DNA from: a virus
IMG/VR virus record: IMGVR_UViG_3300035670_000102
Location: 28,966 to 92,965 of that record
DNA: 64,000 nucleotides
Direction: 5' to 3' (one strand)
Shown: positions 1 through 11,274 of the stretch, in pieces
How positions within the stretch are numbered: position 1 is the stretch's first letter
Layout: each line of letters opens with the position of its first letter
The notes under the pieces: generated by a model
Database searches by the model: none
Seen by the model: only the letters and a program-made list of their open reading frames with translations
What the model was told of the DNA's origin: nothing
Translations under genes and position numbers: made by a program

Positions 1-1
1 A

Positions 2-949
2 TATCCAACCTCCAAAGTAATTAAAAATTTTGGAACAACTGATTCAAATTTATTTGTCGATAATGCAGAATTTTTTGATTATGAAGAAGGACTACCAGTT
101 GATAATTTTGATTGTTTAATAGTCAATGATCAAAATACTTTAGTCTCGGCTGCAATTACTGCAACAGTGTCTATAGCAGGAACAATTAGTTCATTAACTA
201 TAGTTGATTCTGGGGAGGGTTATTCTGGAGCATCAATTATTGTAAAGATTTCTCCACCTAAAAAAATTGGAGTTGGAGTTGGAACAACAGCTACTGCTTC
301 TATTGCCATAAGTAATGGGAAATTGGTAGGACCAATAACTATTACAAATCCAGGTTATGGATATACTATAACATCTCCTCCTCAAGTTTTAGTTCCTTCT
401 CCACAAGTTGATAGTGAATTAATAAAAGGAATATCCATTGTTCAAGGATTTGATGGTGTAATTACTGGAATTGCTACTACTTCTGGATTAAATGGTGCTT
501 CTTTAGCCCTCTCATTTACAATTGTCAGAGATCCAGCAGTTTATACTGATCTGGAAATAGGTTATCCAATATTTGTCAATAGTACCAGAGTTGGTAATGG
601 TATTACCTCAATAGATAATGATAACGCACAAATTATTGGGATTGGAACACAATTTTTGGACAATATTTATTATATACATGGAATTAATAAAACATTAGGT
701 ATAATTACTTGTAATATATCATCATCTTCTTCGGTAGTTGGAATTGCAACTACGGGAACATTGAATTACCCTGTGGGAAGATTTTCTTGGGGAAGATTTG
801 CAGGTTTTTCGAGATCATCAAATCCAATTTCAATTGCAGTTACTGGAAAAACTATTGATGTTGGTTTAACAACATTTTCTTCAGTTCAAAGAAGAAATTA
901 TGGTTTAAGAAATACTGGATCATTGAAGAAACGTGTAATGGGATTATAA
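2..949 (+). CDS. g7: Baseplate wedge protein (gp7-like), C-terminal part, 5'-truncated by window edge
   Basis: The frame is open from position 2 to the stop at 949. It has GxGY beta-repeat motifs (DSGEGYS, NPGYGYT) and lies directly upstream of g8, as in T4-like cyanophages. Confidence 0.65.
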   Translation, partial: YPTSKVIKNFGTTDSNLFVDNAEFFDYEEGLPVDNFDCLIVNDQNTLVSAAITATVSIAGTISSLTIVDSGEGYSGASIIVKISPPKKIGVGVGTTATASIAISNGKLVGPITITNPGYGYTITSPPQVLVPSPQVDSELIKGISIVQGFDGVITGIATTSGLNGASLALSFTIVRDPAVYTDLEIGYPIFVNSTRVGNGITSIDNDNAQIIGIGTQFLDNIYYIHGINKTLGIITCNISSSSSVVGIATTGTLNYPVGRFSWGRFAGFSRSSNPISIAVTGKTIDVGLTTFSSVQRRNYGLRNTGSLKKRVMGL

Positions 950-952
950 ATA
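945..952 (+). promoter_or_regulatory. T4 late promoter (gp55-dependent) TATAAATA
   Basis: Exact TATAAATA 15 nt upstream of the g8 start. Confidence 0.75.
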
Positions 953-967
953 TAGAAAAAACGGTAT

Positions 968-2563
968 ATGTCTGCACTCGTAACAGATCAATTTAGAATA
1001 TTAAATGCGACGAATTTTATAAATTCTATTGAAACTGAAGAAAGTTACTATTACGTTTTTGTTGGCTTACCAAATCCACAAATAAATGATGGGTTTGGTA
1101 GGAATGAAAATTGGGATAGATTAGATATTCCGGATCCAAATTTGGCTGTCATTCCAAATCCAATAGATAATTTTGATTATCTACCACACTATGGTGATTT
1201 ATCTTTATATGGAAAAAGAATTACAAATTCAAATGTAAGAAGGGCAATAAGAAAAGTTAGTTGGGTTTCTGGAAATCGATATGAAATGTATAGACATGAT
1301 TATAGTATCGAAAATCCTGCTCCAATATCTAATAGCTCTAGACTATATGATACAAATTATTATGTAATTAATTCGGATTATCAAGTATATATTTGTATAG
1401 ACAATGGTTCATCTGGAATTAATACCACAGGAAATCAATCTAAAGATGAACCACTTTTTACTGATCTAGAACCATCTAGAGCTGGTGAAAGTGATGATGG
1501 TTATATTTGGAAATATCTATTTACAATTTCGCCAAGTGATATTGTAAAGTTTGATTCTACGGAATATATTACGCTTCCCAATGAGTGGAATACTTCCACA
1601 AGTCCTCAAATTGTTGCGGTGAGGGAAAATGGTGATTCTACAGTAAATGAAAATCAAATTAAAAAAGTTTATATTGAAAATCCAGGAGTAAATTATACGT
1701 CGGGGGAAGTTGATATATTAGGTGATGGTACTGGAGGTAGGGTCTTTATTGATGTAAACGAAAATGGAGAAATTACAACTGCTACAGTAACTGCTGGTGG
1801 AAAAAATTATACTTATGGAATTGTAGACTTAGGACCTTTACAACCAGCCGGAAGTATTCCATTTCCAGCAAAGTTAGTTCCAATTATACCGCCATCTAGA
1901 GGTCATGGATACGATTTATATCGAGAACTTGGTGCAGATAAAGTTTTAATTTATACAAGATTTGACGATTCTTCTAAAGATTTTCCAACAGATACTAAGT
2001 TTGCTCAAATAGGAATAGTAAAAAATCCAACTAAATTTATTTCTTCTGAGAGATTTTCTGATCCACAATTTTCTAGTTGTTATGCTATGAAAGTTATTCC
2101 AACTACTTCAAGTTCCCCATTAGTTGGTGAAAAAATATCTCAGGATACTGATGGAACGGGAAATAATATCGCAGTTGGGTATGTTGCATCATATGATTCA
2201 GAAACTAATGTTTTAAAATATTTTAGAGATAGATCCTTATATTTAAATCCATCTTTTTATGACACCACAGATTATCTTGATGTTAGTATTAAGGCAAACG
2301 CTAATGTTGAATTTACATATACTGGAGGTGCAGTTTTTACAACAAGCGGTTTCACTGGATCAATAGATGGGAATTTTACGGGAATTCAAACTAGCCCAAC
2401 AAATTCAAATAAAGTGATACCTTTAGACGTGGAATTTATTAGAGGCTTAGCAAATCCGGAGATAAATAAAGGATCGGGGGATATTATTTACATAGATAAT
2501 AGACCTTTAGTTTCAAGAAATCTCAGACAAAAAGAAGACATTAAAATTATCCTGGAATTTTAA
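968..2563 (+). CDS. g8: Baseplate wedge subunit gp8
   Basis: MSALVTDQFRILNA start, YYVINSDYQVYICIDNG, DGYIWKYLFTI and C-terminal GDIIYIDNR...QKEDIKIILEF are typical of gp8. Confidence 0.9.
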   Translation: MSALVTDQFRILNATNFINSIETEESYYYVFVGLPNPQINDGFGRNENWDRLDIPDPNLAVIPNPIDNFDYLPHYGDLSLYGKRITNSNVRRAIRKVSWVSGNRYEMYRHDYSIENPAPISNSSRLYDTNYYVINSDYQVYICIDNGSSGINTTGNQSKDEPLFTDLEPSRAGESDDGYIWKYLFTISPSDIVKFDSTEYITLPNEWNTSTSPQIVAVRENGDSTVNENQIKKVYIENPGVNYTSGEVDILGDGTGGRVFIDVNENGEITTATVTAGGKNYTYGIVDLGPLQPAGSIPFPAKLVPIIPPSRGHGYDLYRELGADKVLIYTRFDDSSKDFPTDTKFAQIGIVKNPTKFISSERFSDPQFSSCYAMKVIPTTSSSPLVGEKISQDTDGTGNNIAVGYVASYDSETNVLKYFRDRSLYLNPSFYDTTDYLDVSIKANANVEFTYTGGAVFTTSGFTGSIDGNFTGIQTSPTNSNKVIPLDVEFIRGLANPEINKGSGDIIYIDNRPLVSRNLRQKEDIKIILEF

Positions 2564-2568
2564 AAACA

Positions 2569-5500
2569 ATGGCACAAAAAACAAACCTTAATGTAAGTCC
2601 ATATTTTGACGATTTTAATTCTGATAAAAATTTTTATAAGGTTTTATTTAATCCAGGACGAGCAATTCAGTCTAGAGAATTAAATACATTACAGTCAATA
2701 TTACAAAATCAAATTGAGTCTTTTGGAAGTCATATATTCAAAGAAGGATCTATAGTAATACCAGGAAATATTAGTTACGATTCAAAATTTTATGCAGTAA
2801 AATTAAATCCATCCAATTTCAATATTGATATTGGATTATATATTAATAATTTTATTGGCAAAAAAATAAAAGGTCAGGTTTCTGGAATTACAGCATCTAT
2901 CCAATCAGTTGCCTTTCCAAACAACGATGAGATTGATTATATTACAATATATGTAAAATATCTTGACTCTAATAATGATTTTATAAATTCCACATTTACT
3001 AGTGGTGAAGGATTAGTTTGTACTGAAAATGTAACTTATGGAAATACAACTATTAATGCTGGCACTATATTTGCATCTTTAATATCAGATAACCCAACTT
3101 TTATTGGCTCATCAGCATCAATTAATGAAGGTATAGTTTTTGTTAGGGGTTCATTCGTAAAAGTATCAAAGCAAACTTTAATATTAGATTACTATTCAAA
3201 CACACCTTCTTACAGAGTTGGATTAAGAGTAGTTGAAGAAATTATAACTGCAAAAGATGATTCATCATTGTATGATAATGCAAAAGGTTTTACAAACTAT
3301 GCAGCTCCTGGAGCAGATAGATTCAAAATATCATTAGTTTTAACTAAAAAACCTCTAAATGAATATAATACTGATACTGACTTTATAGAATTACTTAGAG
3401 TTAAAGATGGTTTAATTCAAAAAATTGAAACAAAAAGTGATTATGGAATCATCAAAGATTACTTAGCACAGAGAACATTTGACGAATCTGGAAATTATAC
3501 TGTTGTTCCATTTACAATATCAGTAAATAATTCATTAAATGATAGATTAGGTAATGATGGATTATATTTTGATACAGAAGAAACTGATGAAAGGAATAAA
3601 CCAAATGATGATTTGATGTGTATAAAAATTTCACCAGGAAAAGCTTATGTTAGAGGGTATGATATTGAAAAAACAGGAACTACTATAATTGATGTAAAAA
3701 AACCTAGAGATAAGCAATTAATATCTGGTATTGGTTTACCATTTGAAATGGGTAACTTGATTAGAGTAAATAATGTTACTGGTTGCCCAACAGAAAGATT
3801 AACAATAGACTTATACAATAGAAGAGTTGATGATAGTGGTTCAATAAAAATTGGCGATGCTCGTGTTTATACATTCAATTTAACAGATTCCAGATATGTT
3901 GATGATACTACAACTTGGGATCTATACTTATATGATATTCAAACTTATGTTAGATTAACTCTCAATAATACACTTTCAAATACTGAATTAGTATCAACTT
4001 CATATATTGTTGGAAAAAGTAGTGGAGCTTCTGGTTATGCAGTTTCTTCAGGAAATAATTCTCAAATAGTTAATATTCGCCAAGTTTCGGGAAATTTTAT
4101 TGTTGGTGAAAAAATATTAATTAATGGAATTGAAGATACATCAAGAATAATTAAAAGTATCCAAGCTTTTAATTCTAGTGATATTAAATCCGTTTATCAA
4201 TCTGGATCTCCAGCATTTACTGCAGACACTGTATTATCAAATACGACTCCATATGGATTCAACAGTCAGGATCAAATAACAATAACTTCTGGTGGTACAG
4301 TAACTTCACCAAACAAATTATTCACAGGTATAAGTACAAATTCAATAATAAAGTATTCAATATCTGGATTTAGTACGGAATCTTATAATAGAGTAACATC
4401 AGTATCAAATGATGGTCTCTCAATGACTGTTGTTGCTATACCTAATGTTAATGGAGTTTGTGTTGGAAGTTTACCATCTTCTCAAATTTCATCTAGATTT
4501 TCTCTAGGGGCTTCATCAATTTTGAATGAGGAAAATGCTTACCTTTATTGTAAATTACCAAATTCAAATATAGCAAATGTAGATTTATCAGATTCTAATA
4601 TTAGTTTTTCTGCACAATCTAATATAAGTCCCACAGTTAGTGGAAATACTTTAACAGTATTTCCAGGTGACTTCAACTTACCATCCGGAATTTCTACAGC
4701 TTCTTTCCAAGCATATGATGAAAAAAGATATTCAATTCATTATACTGATGGAACAGTTGAAACTTTGTCTAGTGATGAAGTAACAATATTACCAACTTCT
4801 GTTAGATTTAATGGAATTAGTAATAAAACTGTTCATAAAATTAATGCATCATTTATTAAGCAAGGAATTCAAAGTAAGTTAAAAACTTATTCTCGTAGCA
4901 AAATAATTGGTGTTTCATTATCCAAATACCAATCTTCAGGAACAGGAATTAGTACATCGATATATGATGGGTTGAATTATAATCCATATTATGGTTTAAG
5001 AGTTCAAGATGAAGAAATTTGTTTAAATTATCCAGATGTTGTAAAAGTTTTGGCTGTTTACGAATCTTTAGATGTTAATGAACCCATATTAGATTCAATT
5101 TCCTTTTCAGCAACAGTAAATGTTTTATCAAATGCAATTATTGGAGAAAATATAGTAGGAAAAGAAAGTAATACCGTTGCTAGGGTTGTTCGTAAACCTA
5201 ATGAGTATCCAAACAATTTAGAAATTGTTTATTTAAATTCAAATAGATTTTCAAAAAATGAATTAGTTACTTTTGGAGAATCAAATATTGAGGCTGAAAT
5301 TGATAGTATAATTTTTGGAAAATATAAAGATATAACAAATTCATTTAAACTTGATAAGGGTCAAAGAGATCAATATTACGATTATTCCCGTTTAATAAGA
5401 AATCGTGGAGAATCTGAACCATCTAGAAGATTATTAATTGTTTTTGATCATTATGAAGTTTCTGGCAGTGATAATGGGGATGCTTTTACTGTATTGAGCT

Positions 5501-8500
5501 ATAATTCTGATAGATTTTTAAAAGATATTCCTAATATAGGATTAGCTCAAGTGAGAGGAACTGATACTTTGGATTTTAGACCAAGAGTAACTACATTTTC
5601 TGGATCAGAATCATCACCATTTGATTTTTCATCTAGAAATTTTTCCACAGCACCAAGAACAATTTTAAAACCAAATGAAAGTTCTATAGTAACATATGAA
5701 TATTATTTGCCAAGAATTGATAAATTATATTTGGATAAATTTGGTGGATTAATTGTTGATAGAGGAGTTTCTTCACCAAATCCAAAAGAACCAATAAAAG
5801 ACGAAAATGTTTTAGAATTAGCTTCGATTTATTTACCACCATATCTTTATAGTCCCAAAGATGCAAAAATAAATTTGGTGGATAATAGAAGATATACTAT
5901 GAAAGATATTGGTAAAATTGAAGATAGAGTTGAAAACTTAGAAAAAGTAACATCACTTTCTTTATTAGAGTTAAATACCCAATCTTTACAAATTAGAGAT
6001 GCTGATGGATTTAATAGATTTAAAACTGGATTTTTTGTGGATGATTTTAAAACTACAAATTTTATCGATTTAAATGTATCTCTTTCCGAAGTAAATAGAA
6101 ATACAAATCAATTAACACCATTAATTTCTAGAAATAGTTTAAAAAGTCAACTTACTCCAGCATCAAATGTATCAATTTCAAATTTAGATTTATCAACAAA
6201 TTATGAACTATTAGATAACAGAGTTCAAAAAACTGGTAGAGTTGTAACATTAAAATATACAGAAGTTGATTGGATTGAGCAACCATTTGCAACTAGAGTA
6301 GAAAATGTAAATCCTTTCCATGTAATAAATTATGCTGGTCAGGTTACATTAAATCCAGCTAGAGACAATTGGATTAGAACTATACAATTGCCAAACAGAA
6401 TTTTAACTCATAACAATACTCTCAATCTTCAAATAAGAACTGAGACAAATAGAGTTAATTTGCAAAATATTGATAATAGATCTTCCGCTGGAACAAATTT
6501 AACAGGGAGACAAGTTACTGTAGCTGATACATTTACAACTTTAAGTAGTAATACACAAACAACAACAAGAACAACTAGATCTAGTGACACAAGCACATCA
6601 GAAACTAGTGAAACTGCATTTATTACGAGTGAAAATGAAACTTTTATAAGATCTAGAAATACCGAATTTGTAGCATCTAATCTAAAACCATATACTCGTT
6701 TTTATCAGTTTTTTGATGGAAGTAGTGCTGTTGATTTTATACCAAAATTAATAGAAATATCTAGTGATTTAGATCTTATAAATTATGGATCTATCGGATC
6801 ATTTCAAGTTGGTGAAACAGTTTTTGGATACTTTAATAATCAAAATATTATAAGATTTAGAGTAGCTAGACCGGATCATAAATTTGGACCATTTAATAAC
6901 CCTTCCACAAAATATGATGTTAATCCATATTTTAGAGACGAAGCTCTTTCTACATCTTATAGTTCATCATCTAAAATTTTAAATGTTGATACTTTTTCAT
7001 TATGTGAAGAAGCTCAGGGAAGATTTTCTGGTTATATTTTACCAACTACAGTATTAATTGGTTCAACAAGCCAGGCAGTAGCTTACGTTAAAGATATTAG
7101 ATTAATATCCGATAATTATGGAGACTTAATAGGTTCTTTCTTTATTAGAGATCCTAATACAACTCCACCACCTGCAATTAGAATAACTACTGGAAATAAA
7201 ACATTTAAAATAACATCGAGTCAAACAAATGAATCGCAACAATTAGGTTCGACAGACATATCTTCAGCTCAAACTAACTATTTGTCTGAAGGAACTGTTC
7301 AGATGTATCAAGATATTATTAGAAGAAATACAGTTTCTGCGAATTTAGACCATTTTGAAACTATTAATACTACAACAATAACTGCAACAACACAGACTGC
7401 AGTATCACAATTTAATTTACCACCTGAAGAAGTAAATTTCATAACAGAAATAACAAATAATATAACAAATGTTACTAATGTAACAAATAATAATATCACA
7501 AATATTATTCAACAACAAGCAGAAAGAGTGGATCCATTAGCACAAACATTTGTAGTTGGTGCTAATATTGATGCCCCATCCAACCAAACATTTACTGAAG
7601 ATGTTAACGGTGCTCACATAACTGCTGTAGATCTTTATTTTAGAAAGAAAGATCCTGGAAACAGCCCAGTTACTGTTCAAATAAGAACTGTTGAATTAGG
7701 GACCCCAACATTAACAGTTTTAGGTAATTCGGTAACATTACGTCCAAATCAGGTTAATGTTTCTGAAGATGGTTTAACACCAACCAGATTTGAATTTGAT
7801 TATCCAATATTACTACCACCCGGAAGAGAATATGCAATTGTTATTCTTGCACCAGAAAGTGATCAATATGAAGTATGGATTGCTGAAATGGGTGAAAAAA
7901 CAGTTAGTACTGCATTTTTACCAGATTCAGAAAGTGTTCGTTACACAACTCAGTTTGCAATAGGAAGTTTATTTAAATCTCAAAATGGATCTATTTGGAC
8001 TGCAAATCAATATCAAGATCTAAAATTTAAATTACATAAAGCAATTTTTACTTCATCTAGTGGAGTTGTATTTTTCCAAAATCCCGTTCTTGATAGAAGT
8101 AATGGATATATTAGAAGATTGATTAATAATCCAATTACATCTTATCCAAGAAAAATTAATGTTGGTGTAACTACCATAACTGATAGTAGTTTAATTAACA
8201 TATTAAAGCCAGGAAGAAAAGTTGGAGAGAATTTTAAAACATATAACTATGGCTATATTGTAGGAACTGGTTGTTCAGTATCTTCTTTAGAAGTTACTGA
8301 TGGTGGAAAAAATTATGTTACAGACTCTTTAGTTTCAACCTATAACATTACTGGAAATGGTTCTGGTCTTACATTAAATATTACAGCATCCAATGGAGTT
8401 ATTATTGGAACTCCAACAATAGTTAGTTATGGAAATGGGTACGCTATTGGTGATGTTGTTGGAATTGTTACATCCACAGTATCATCTAATACTGGTGAAG

Positions 8501-10044
8501 GTGCAAAAATTACTATAACTGGAAATAATAATGGAATTGACACTTTGTATTTAACTAATGTACAAGGTGATACTTTCAATGATGGGACAAGGTTGGTTTA
8601 TTATGATAATTCCAACAATAGAATAACATTAGGATCGACATATATTAGGGGAGACTCTACTCCTGTTGGTGGAATTTATGCTGGAAATGTTGTTAAGGTT
8701 GATCATTTTGATCATGGCATGTACGCAGATAACAATAAAATTTCTATAAGTGATGTAGAATCAAATGTTGCACCAGTTACATTATCCACTGAATTAGGAA
8801 TTACTGATACAATTATTAATGTTTCTACAGCAGATACTACAAATTTTGGAACATTTGAAGGTGGTCCTGTAAGTGCATTAAATCCAGGCTACTTAAAAAT
8901 TAATAATGAAATAATCAAATATACCTCAGTTACATCATCTTCTATTGAAGGTTTAACTAGAGGTCAAAATTCCACAATTCCAATTAAACACTCAGTTAAT
9001 TCTTTACTGTATAAGTATGAACTTAATGGAATATCTTTGAGAAGAATTAATACAACACATGATATTAGTGATATTTCTAGTGATATTGATAGTTATTATT
9101 TGGAAATAGACTTACAAAATAATGGTCCAGATAGAAGATATGATGGTCTCATTGATGGCAATGGTGGAAATTACCCAAGAGCTGGATTTAATTTGGAATC
9201 TTCTGGTGGTGGAATAAATGCATATGCTTCAGAAAATATAATTTATAATAGCATAATGCCAATGTATCAGATTATTAATCCAGGTTCTGCAACAAATGTC
9301 AGTGCTCAAATTAGAACTGTAAGTGGAACAAGTGTAAATGGAAATGAAATTTCTTTCCAAGATCAAGGTTATGAAGATGTCAAATTAAACAGTGAAAATT
9401 TATTATCATCGACTAGAATTGTTTGTTCCGAAGTTAATGAAGCAGAATTTCTTTCTGCTATGCCAAATAATAAATCTTTTATAACTGCAATAACTTTAAA
9501 TACGAGAAACTATAACATATCCCCAATGATAATGTTAGACACATCATTTACTGAGTTTGTTTCGGCAAGATTAAATAAACCAATTGAAGATTATATTAAT
9601 GACAATAGAGTAAATTCACTAACTGATGATCCCCATTCAGCGATATATGTTTCCAACACCGTAAGGTTATCACAACCATCAAATACCTTAAAAGTGTTTA
9701 TTTCTGCTTATAAGCACTCCTCTGCTGATTTTAGAGTTTTATATAGTTTATTAAGACCAAATTCAAGTGAAATTGACCAATCCTATGAACTTTTCCCAGG
9801 TTATCAAAATTTAACTATTGATAATAATCAAGATGGTTATCTTGATGTAATTGATGTGAACAAAAATAATGGTTTACCTGACATATTTGTTCCTGATAGT
9901 TTAGAAAATCAATTTTTAGAATATCAGTACACTGCAACGGATATAGGTCCATTTACTGGATTTAAAATTAAAATAGTAATGTCTGGAACTGATCAGGCAA
10001 ATTATCCAAGATTCAAAGACATAAGAACAATTGCTTTGGCGTGA
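2569..10044 (+). CDS. Large virion structural protein, VrlC-like/DUF4815-type (2491 aa)
   Basis: N-terminal NLNVSPYFDDF...FYKVLFNPG..IQSRELNTLQSILQNQIE, APGADRFKI, LAQRTFDESGNY and DPLAQTF motifs; position after g8. Confidence 0.8.
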   Translation: MAQKTNLNVSPYFDDFNSDKNFYKVLFNPGRAIQSRELNTLQSILQNQIESFGSHIFKEGSIVIPGNISYDSKFYAVKLNPSNFNIDIGLYINNFIGKKIKGQVSGITASIQSVAFPNNDEIDYITIYVKYLDSNNDFINSTFTSGEGLVCTENVTYGNTTINAGTIFASLISDNPTFIGSSASINEGIVFVRGSFVKVSKQTLILDYYSNTPSYRVGLRVVEEIITAKDDSSLYDNAKGFTNYAAPGADRFKISLVLTKKPLNEYNTDTDFIELLRVKDGLIQKIETKSDYGIIKDYLAQRTFDESGNYTVVPFTISVNNSLNDRLGNDGLYFDTEETDERNKPNDDLMCIKISPGKAYVRGYDIEKTGTTIIDVKKPRDKQLISGIGLPFEMGNLIRVNNVTGCPTERLTIDLYNRRVDDSGSIKIGDARVYTFNLTDSRYVDDTTTWDLYLYDIQTYVRLTLNNTLSNTELVSTSYIVGKSSGASGYAVSSGNNSQIVNIRQVSGNFIVGEKILINGIEDTSRIIKSIQAFNSSDIKSVYQSGSPAFTADTVLSNTTPYGFNSQDQITITSGGTVTSPNKLFTGISTNSIIKYSISGFSTESYNRVTSVSNDGLSMTVVAIPNVNGVCVGSLPSSQISSRFSLGASSILNEENAYLYCKLPNSNIANVDLSDSNISFSAQSNISPTVSGNTLTVFPGDFNLPSGISTASFQAYDEKRYSIHYTDGTVETLSSDEVTILPTSVRFNGISNKTVHKINASFIKQGIQSKLKTYSRSKIIGVSLSKYQSSGTGISTSIYDGLNYNPYYGLRVQDEEICLNYPDVVKVLAVYESLDVNEPILDSISFSATVNVLSNAIIGENIVGKESNTVARVVRKPNEYPNNLEIVYLNSNRFSKNELVTFGESNIEAEIDSIIFGKYKDITNSFKLDKGQRDQYYDYSRLIRNRGESEPSRRLLIVFDHYEVSGSDNGDAFTVLSYNSDRFLKDIPNIGLAQVRGTDTLDFRPRVTTFSGSESSPFDFSSRNFSTAPRTILKPNESSIVTYEYYLPRIDKLYLDKFGGLIVDRGVSSPNPKEPIKDENVLELASIYLPPYLYSPKDAKINLVDNRRYTMKDIGKIEDRVENLEKVTSLSLLELNTQSLQIRDADGFNRFKTGFFVDDFKTTNFIDLNVSLSEVNRNTNQLTPLISRNSLKSQLTPASNVSISNLDLSTNYELLDNRVQKTGRVVTLKYTEVDWIEQPFATRVENVNPFHVINYAGQVTLNPARDNWIRTIQLPNRILTHNNTLNLQIRTETNRVNLQNIDNRSSAGTNLTGRQVTVADTFTTLSSNTQTTTRTTRSSDTSTSETSETAFITSENETFIRSRNTEFVASNLKPYTRFYQFFDGSSAVDFIPKLIEISSDLDLINYGSIGSFQVGETVFGYFNNQNIIRFRVARPDHKFGPFNNPSTKYDVNPYFRDEALSTSYSSSSKILNVDTFSLCEEAQGRFSGYILPTTVLIGSTSQAVAYVKDIRLISDNYGDLIGSFFIRDPNTTPPPAIRITTGNKTFKITSSQTNESQQLGSTDISSAQTNYLSEGTVQMYQDIIRRNTVSANLDHFETINTTTITATTQTAVSQFNLPPEEVNFITEITNNITNVTNVTNNNITNIIQQQAERVDPLAQTFVVGANIDAPSNQTFTEDVNGAHITAVDLYFRKKDPGNSPVTVQIRTVELGTPTLTVLGNSVTLRPNQVNVSEDGLTPTRFEFDYPILLPPGREYAIVILAPESDQYEVWIAEMGEKTVSTAFLPDSESVRYTTQFAIGSLFKSQNGSIWTANQYQDLKFKLHKAIFTSSSGVVFFQNPVLDRSNGYIRRLINNPITSYPRKINVGVTTITDSSLINILKPGRKVGENFKTYNYGYIVGTGCSVSSLEVTDGGKNYVTDSLVSTYNITGNGSGLTLNITASNGVIIGTPTIVSYGNGYAIGDVVGIVTSTVSSNTGEGAKITITGNNNGIDTLYLTNVQGDTFNDGTRLVYYDNSNNRITLGSTYIRGDSTPVGGIYAGNVVKVDHFDHGMYADNNKISISDVESNVAPVTLSTELGITDTIINVSTADTTNFGTFEGGPVSALNPGYLKINNEIIKYTSVTSSSIEGLTRGQNSTIPIKHSVNSLLYKYELNGISLRRINTTHDISDISSDIDSYYLEIDLQNNGPDRRYDGLIDGNGGNYPRAGFNLESSGGGINAYASENIIYNSIMPMYQIINPGSATNVSAQIRTVSGTSVNGNEISFQDQGYEDVKLNSENLLSSTRIVCSEVNEAEFLSAMPNNKSFITAITLNTRNYNISPMIMLDTSFTEFVSARLNKPIEDYINDNRVNSLTDDPHSAIYVSNTVRLSQPSNTLKVFISAYKHSSADFRVLYSLLRPNSSEIDQSYELFPGYQNLTIDNNQDGYLDVIDVNKNNGLPDIFVPDSLENQFLEYQYTATDIGPFTGFKIKIVMSGTDQANYPRFKDIRTIALA

Positions 10045-10244
10045 TGATACGAGTAGAAGGGCATTCAAATTTATTTCGTGATGAAAAAAGTGGAGCTATA
10101 ATTAATACAGATACAGTTGGATATGAACAGTATTTGAATACTATCAATAATAGAATATCCCAAAGAAAGGAAATTGAGATTTTAAAACAAGATATTTCCG
10201 AAATTAAAAATTTATTAAAGGAGTTAATAAATGGATCCAAATGA
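10041..10244 (+). CDS. Small conserved phage protein with C-terminal coiled coil
   Basis: VEGHSNLFRDEKSGAIINTD motif and heptad tail; start overlaps the vrlC-like stop. Confidence 0.7.
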   Translation: MMIRVEGHSNLFRDEKSGAIINTDTVGYEQYLNTINNRISQRKEIEILKQDISEIKNLLKELINGSK

Positions 10245-10416
10245 CATTGAATTGAAAAATATTGATAAACTTTTTGAATATGAAAAACATTCTAGATTTA
10301 TTGATAATTTAGATGGTAGTGATGAATTAAAAAATTTTGCAAAATTATATTGTAAGATGTATCTCCAACAACAGGAAGTTATTACTTTAATTGAATCTAT
10401 TAGGATAAATAACTAA
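10231..10416 (+). CDS. Putative NblA-like phycobilisome degradation adaptor (61 aa)
   Basis: Size, two-helix pattern and IEL-x6-F...IDNL..DELKNF.KLY..M..QQ resemble NblA by eye. Confidence 0.45.
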   Translation: MDPNDIELKNIDKLFEYEKHSRFIDNLDGSDELKNFAKLYCKMYLQQQEVITLIESIRINN

Positions 10417-10434
10417 TCATAGATATTATCAATA

Positions 10435-11274
10435 ATGTCAAAGCCATCATCAAGACAAGAACTTATTGATTACTGCTTGCGACGTTTGGGAGCACCAGTT
10501 TTAGAAATTAATGTAGATGATGATCAAATTGATGATTGTGTCGATGATGCTTTACAGTATTTTCATGAAAGGCATTTTGATGGTGTTGAAAGAATGTATC
10601 TTAAATACAAGATAACTCAGGCAGATATTGACAGAGGACAAGCAAGAAATACCTCAGGGCCGGGAATTGTTACAACTACTGGAACATCAACAATTGATGG
10701 TAATGCAACTAGTTTTAATTTTTATGAGACTGCGAATTATATTCAAGTTCCAGATTCTGTAATTGGTATTGAGAAAGTTTTTAAATTTGATACTAGTTCA
10801 ATTTCTGGTGGCATGTTCAGTATCAAATATCAGCTGTTCTTGAATGATCTTTATTATTTCAACTCAGTAGAACTTCTACAATATGCAATGGTAAAAAGTT
10901 ACTTGGAAGATATTGACTTTTTACTCACAACTGATAAACAAATTAGATTTAATAAAAGACAGAATAGAATGTATCTTGATATTGAATGGGGTGCTCAAAA
11001 AGCAGATTCATTTTTGGTTATCGATTGTTATAGAATTTTGGATCCTAATGATTTTACTAAAGTTTGGAACGATAGTTTCATAAAAAGATATTTGACTGCT
11101 CTAATTAAAAAACAATGGGGCCAGAACCTAATTAAATTTAGGGGTGTTAAGTTGCCTGGAGGAATTGAATTGAATGGTAGGGAAATATATGATGATGCAG
11201 AAAGAGAAATTGAAGATTTAAGATCAAAAATGGCATTAGAATACGAACTTCCACCTTACGATTTTATTGGATAA
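10435..11274 (+). CDS. g13: Neck protein gp13
   Basis: LIDYCLRRLGAPVLEINVDDDQIDD, QWGQNLIKFRGVKLPGGIELNG. Confidence 0.93.
   Translation: MSKPSSRQELIDYCLRRLGAPVLEINVDDDQIDDCVDDALQYFHERHFDGVERMYLKYKITQADIDRGQARNTSGPGIVTTTGTSTIDGNATSFNFYETANYIQVPDSVIGIEKVFKFDTSSISGGMFSIKYQLFLNDLYYFNSVELLQYAMVKSYLEDIDFLLTTDKQIRFNKRQNRMYLDIEWGAQKADSFLVIDCYRILDPNDFTKVWNDSFIKRYLTALIKKQWGQNLIKFRGVKLPGGIELNGREIYDDAEREIEDLRSKMALEYELPPYDFIG

Noticed and set aside
7430-7510. ITNNITNVTNVTNNNITN low-complexity tract in the vrlC-like gene as a repeat array or DGR target
   Set aside because: In-frame degenerate coding repeats, with no second template copy or reverse transcriptase in the window.
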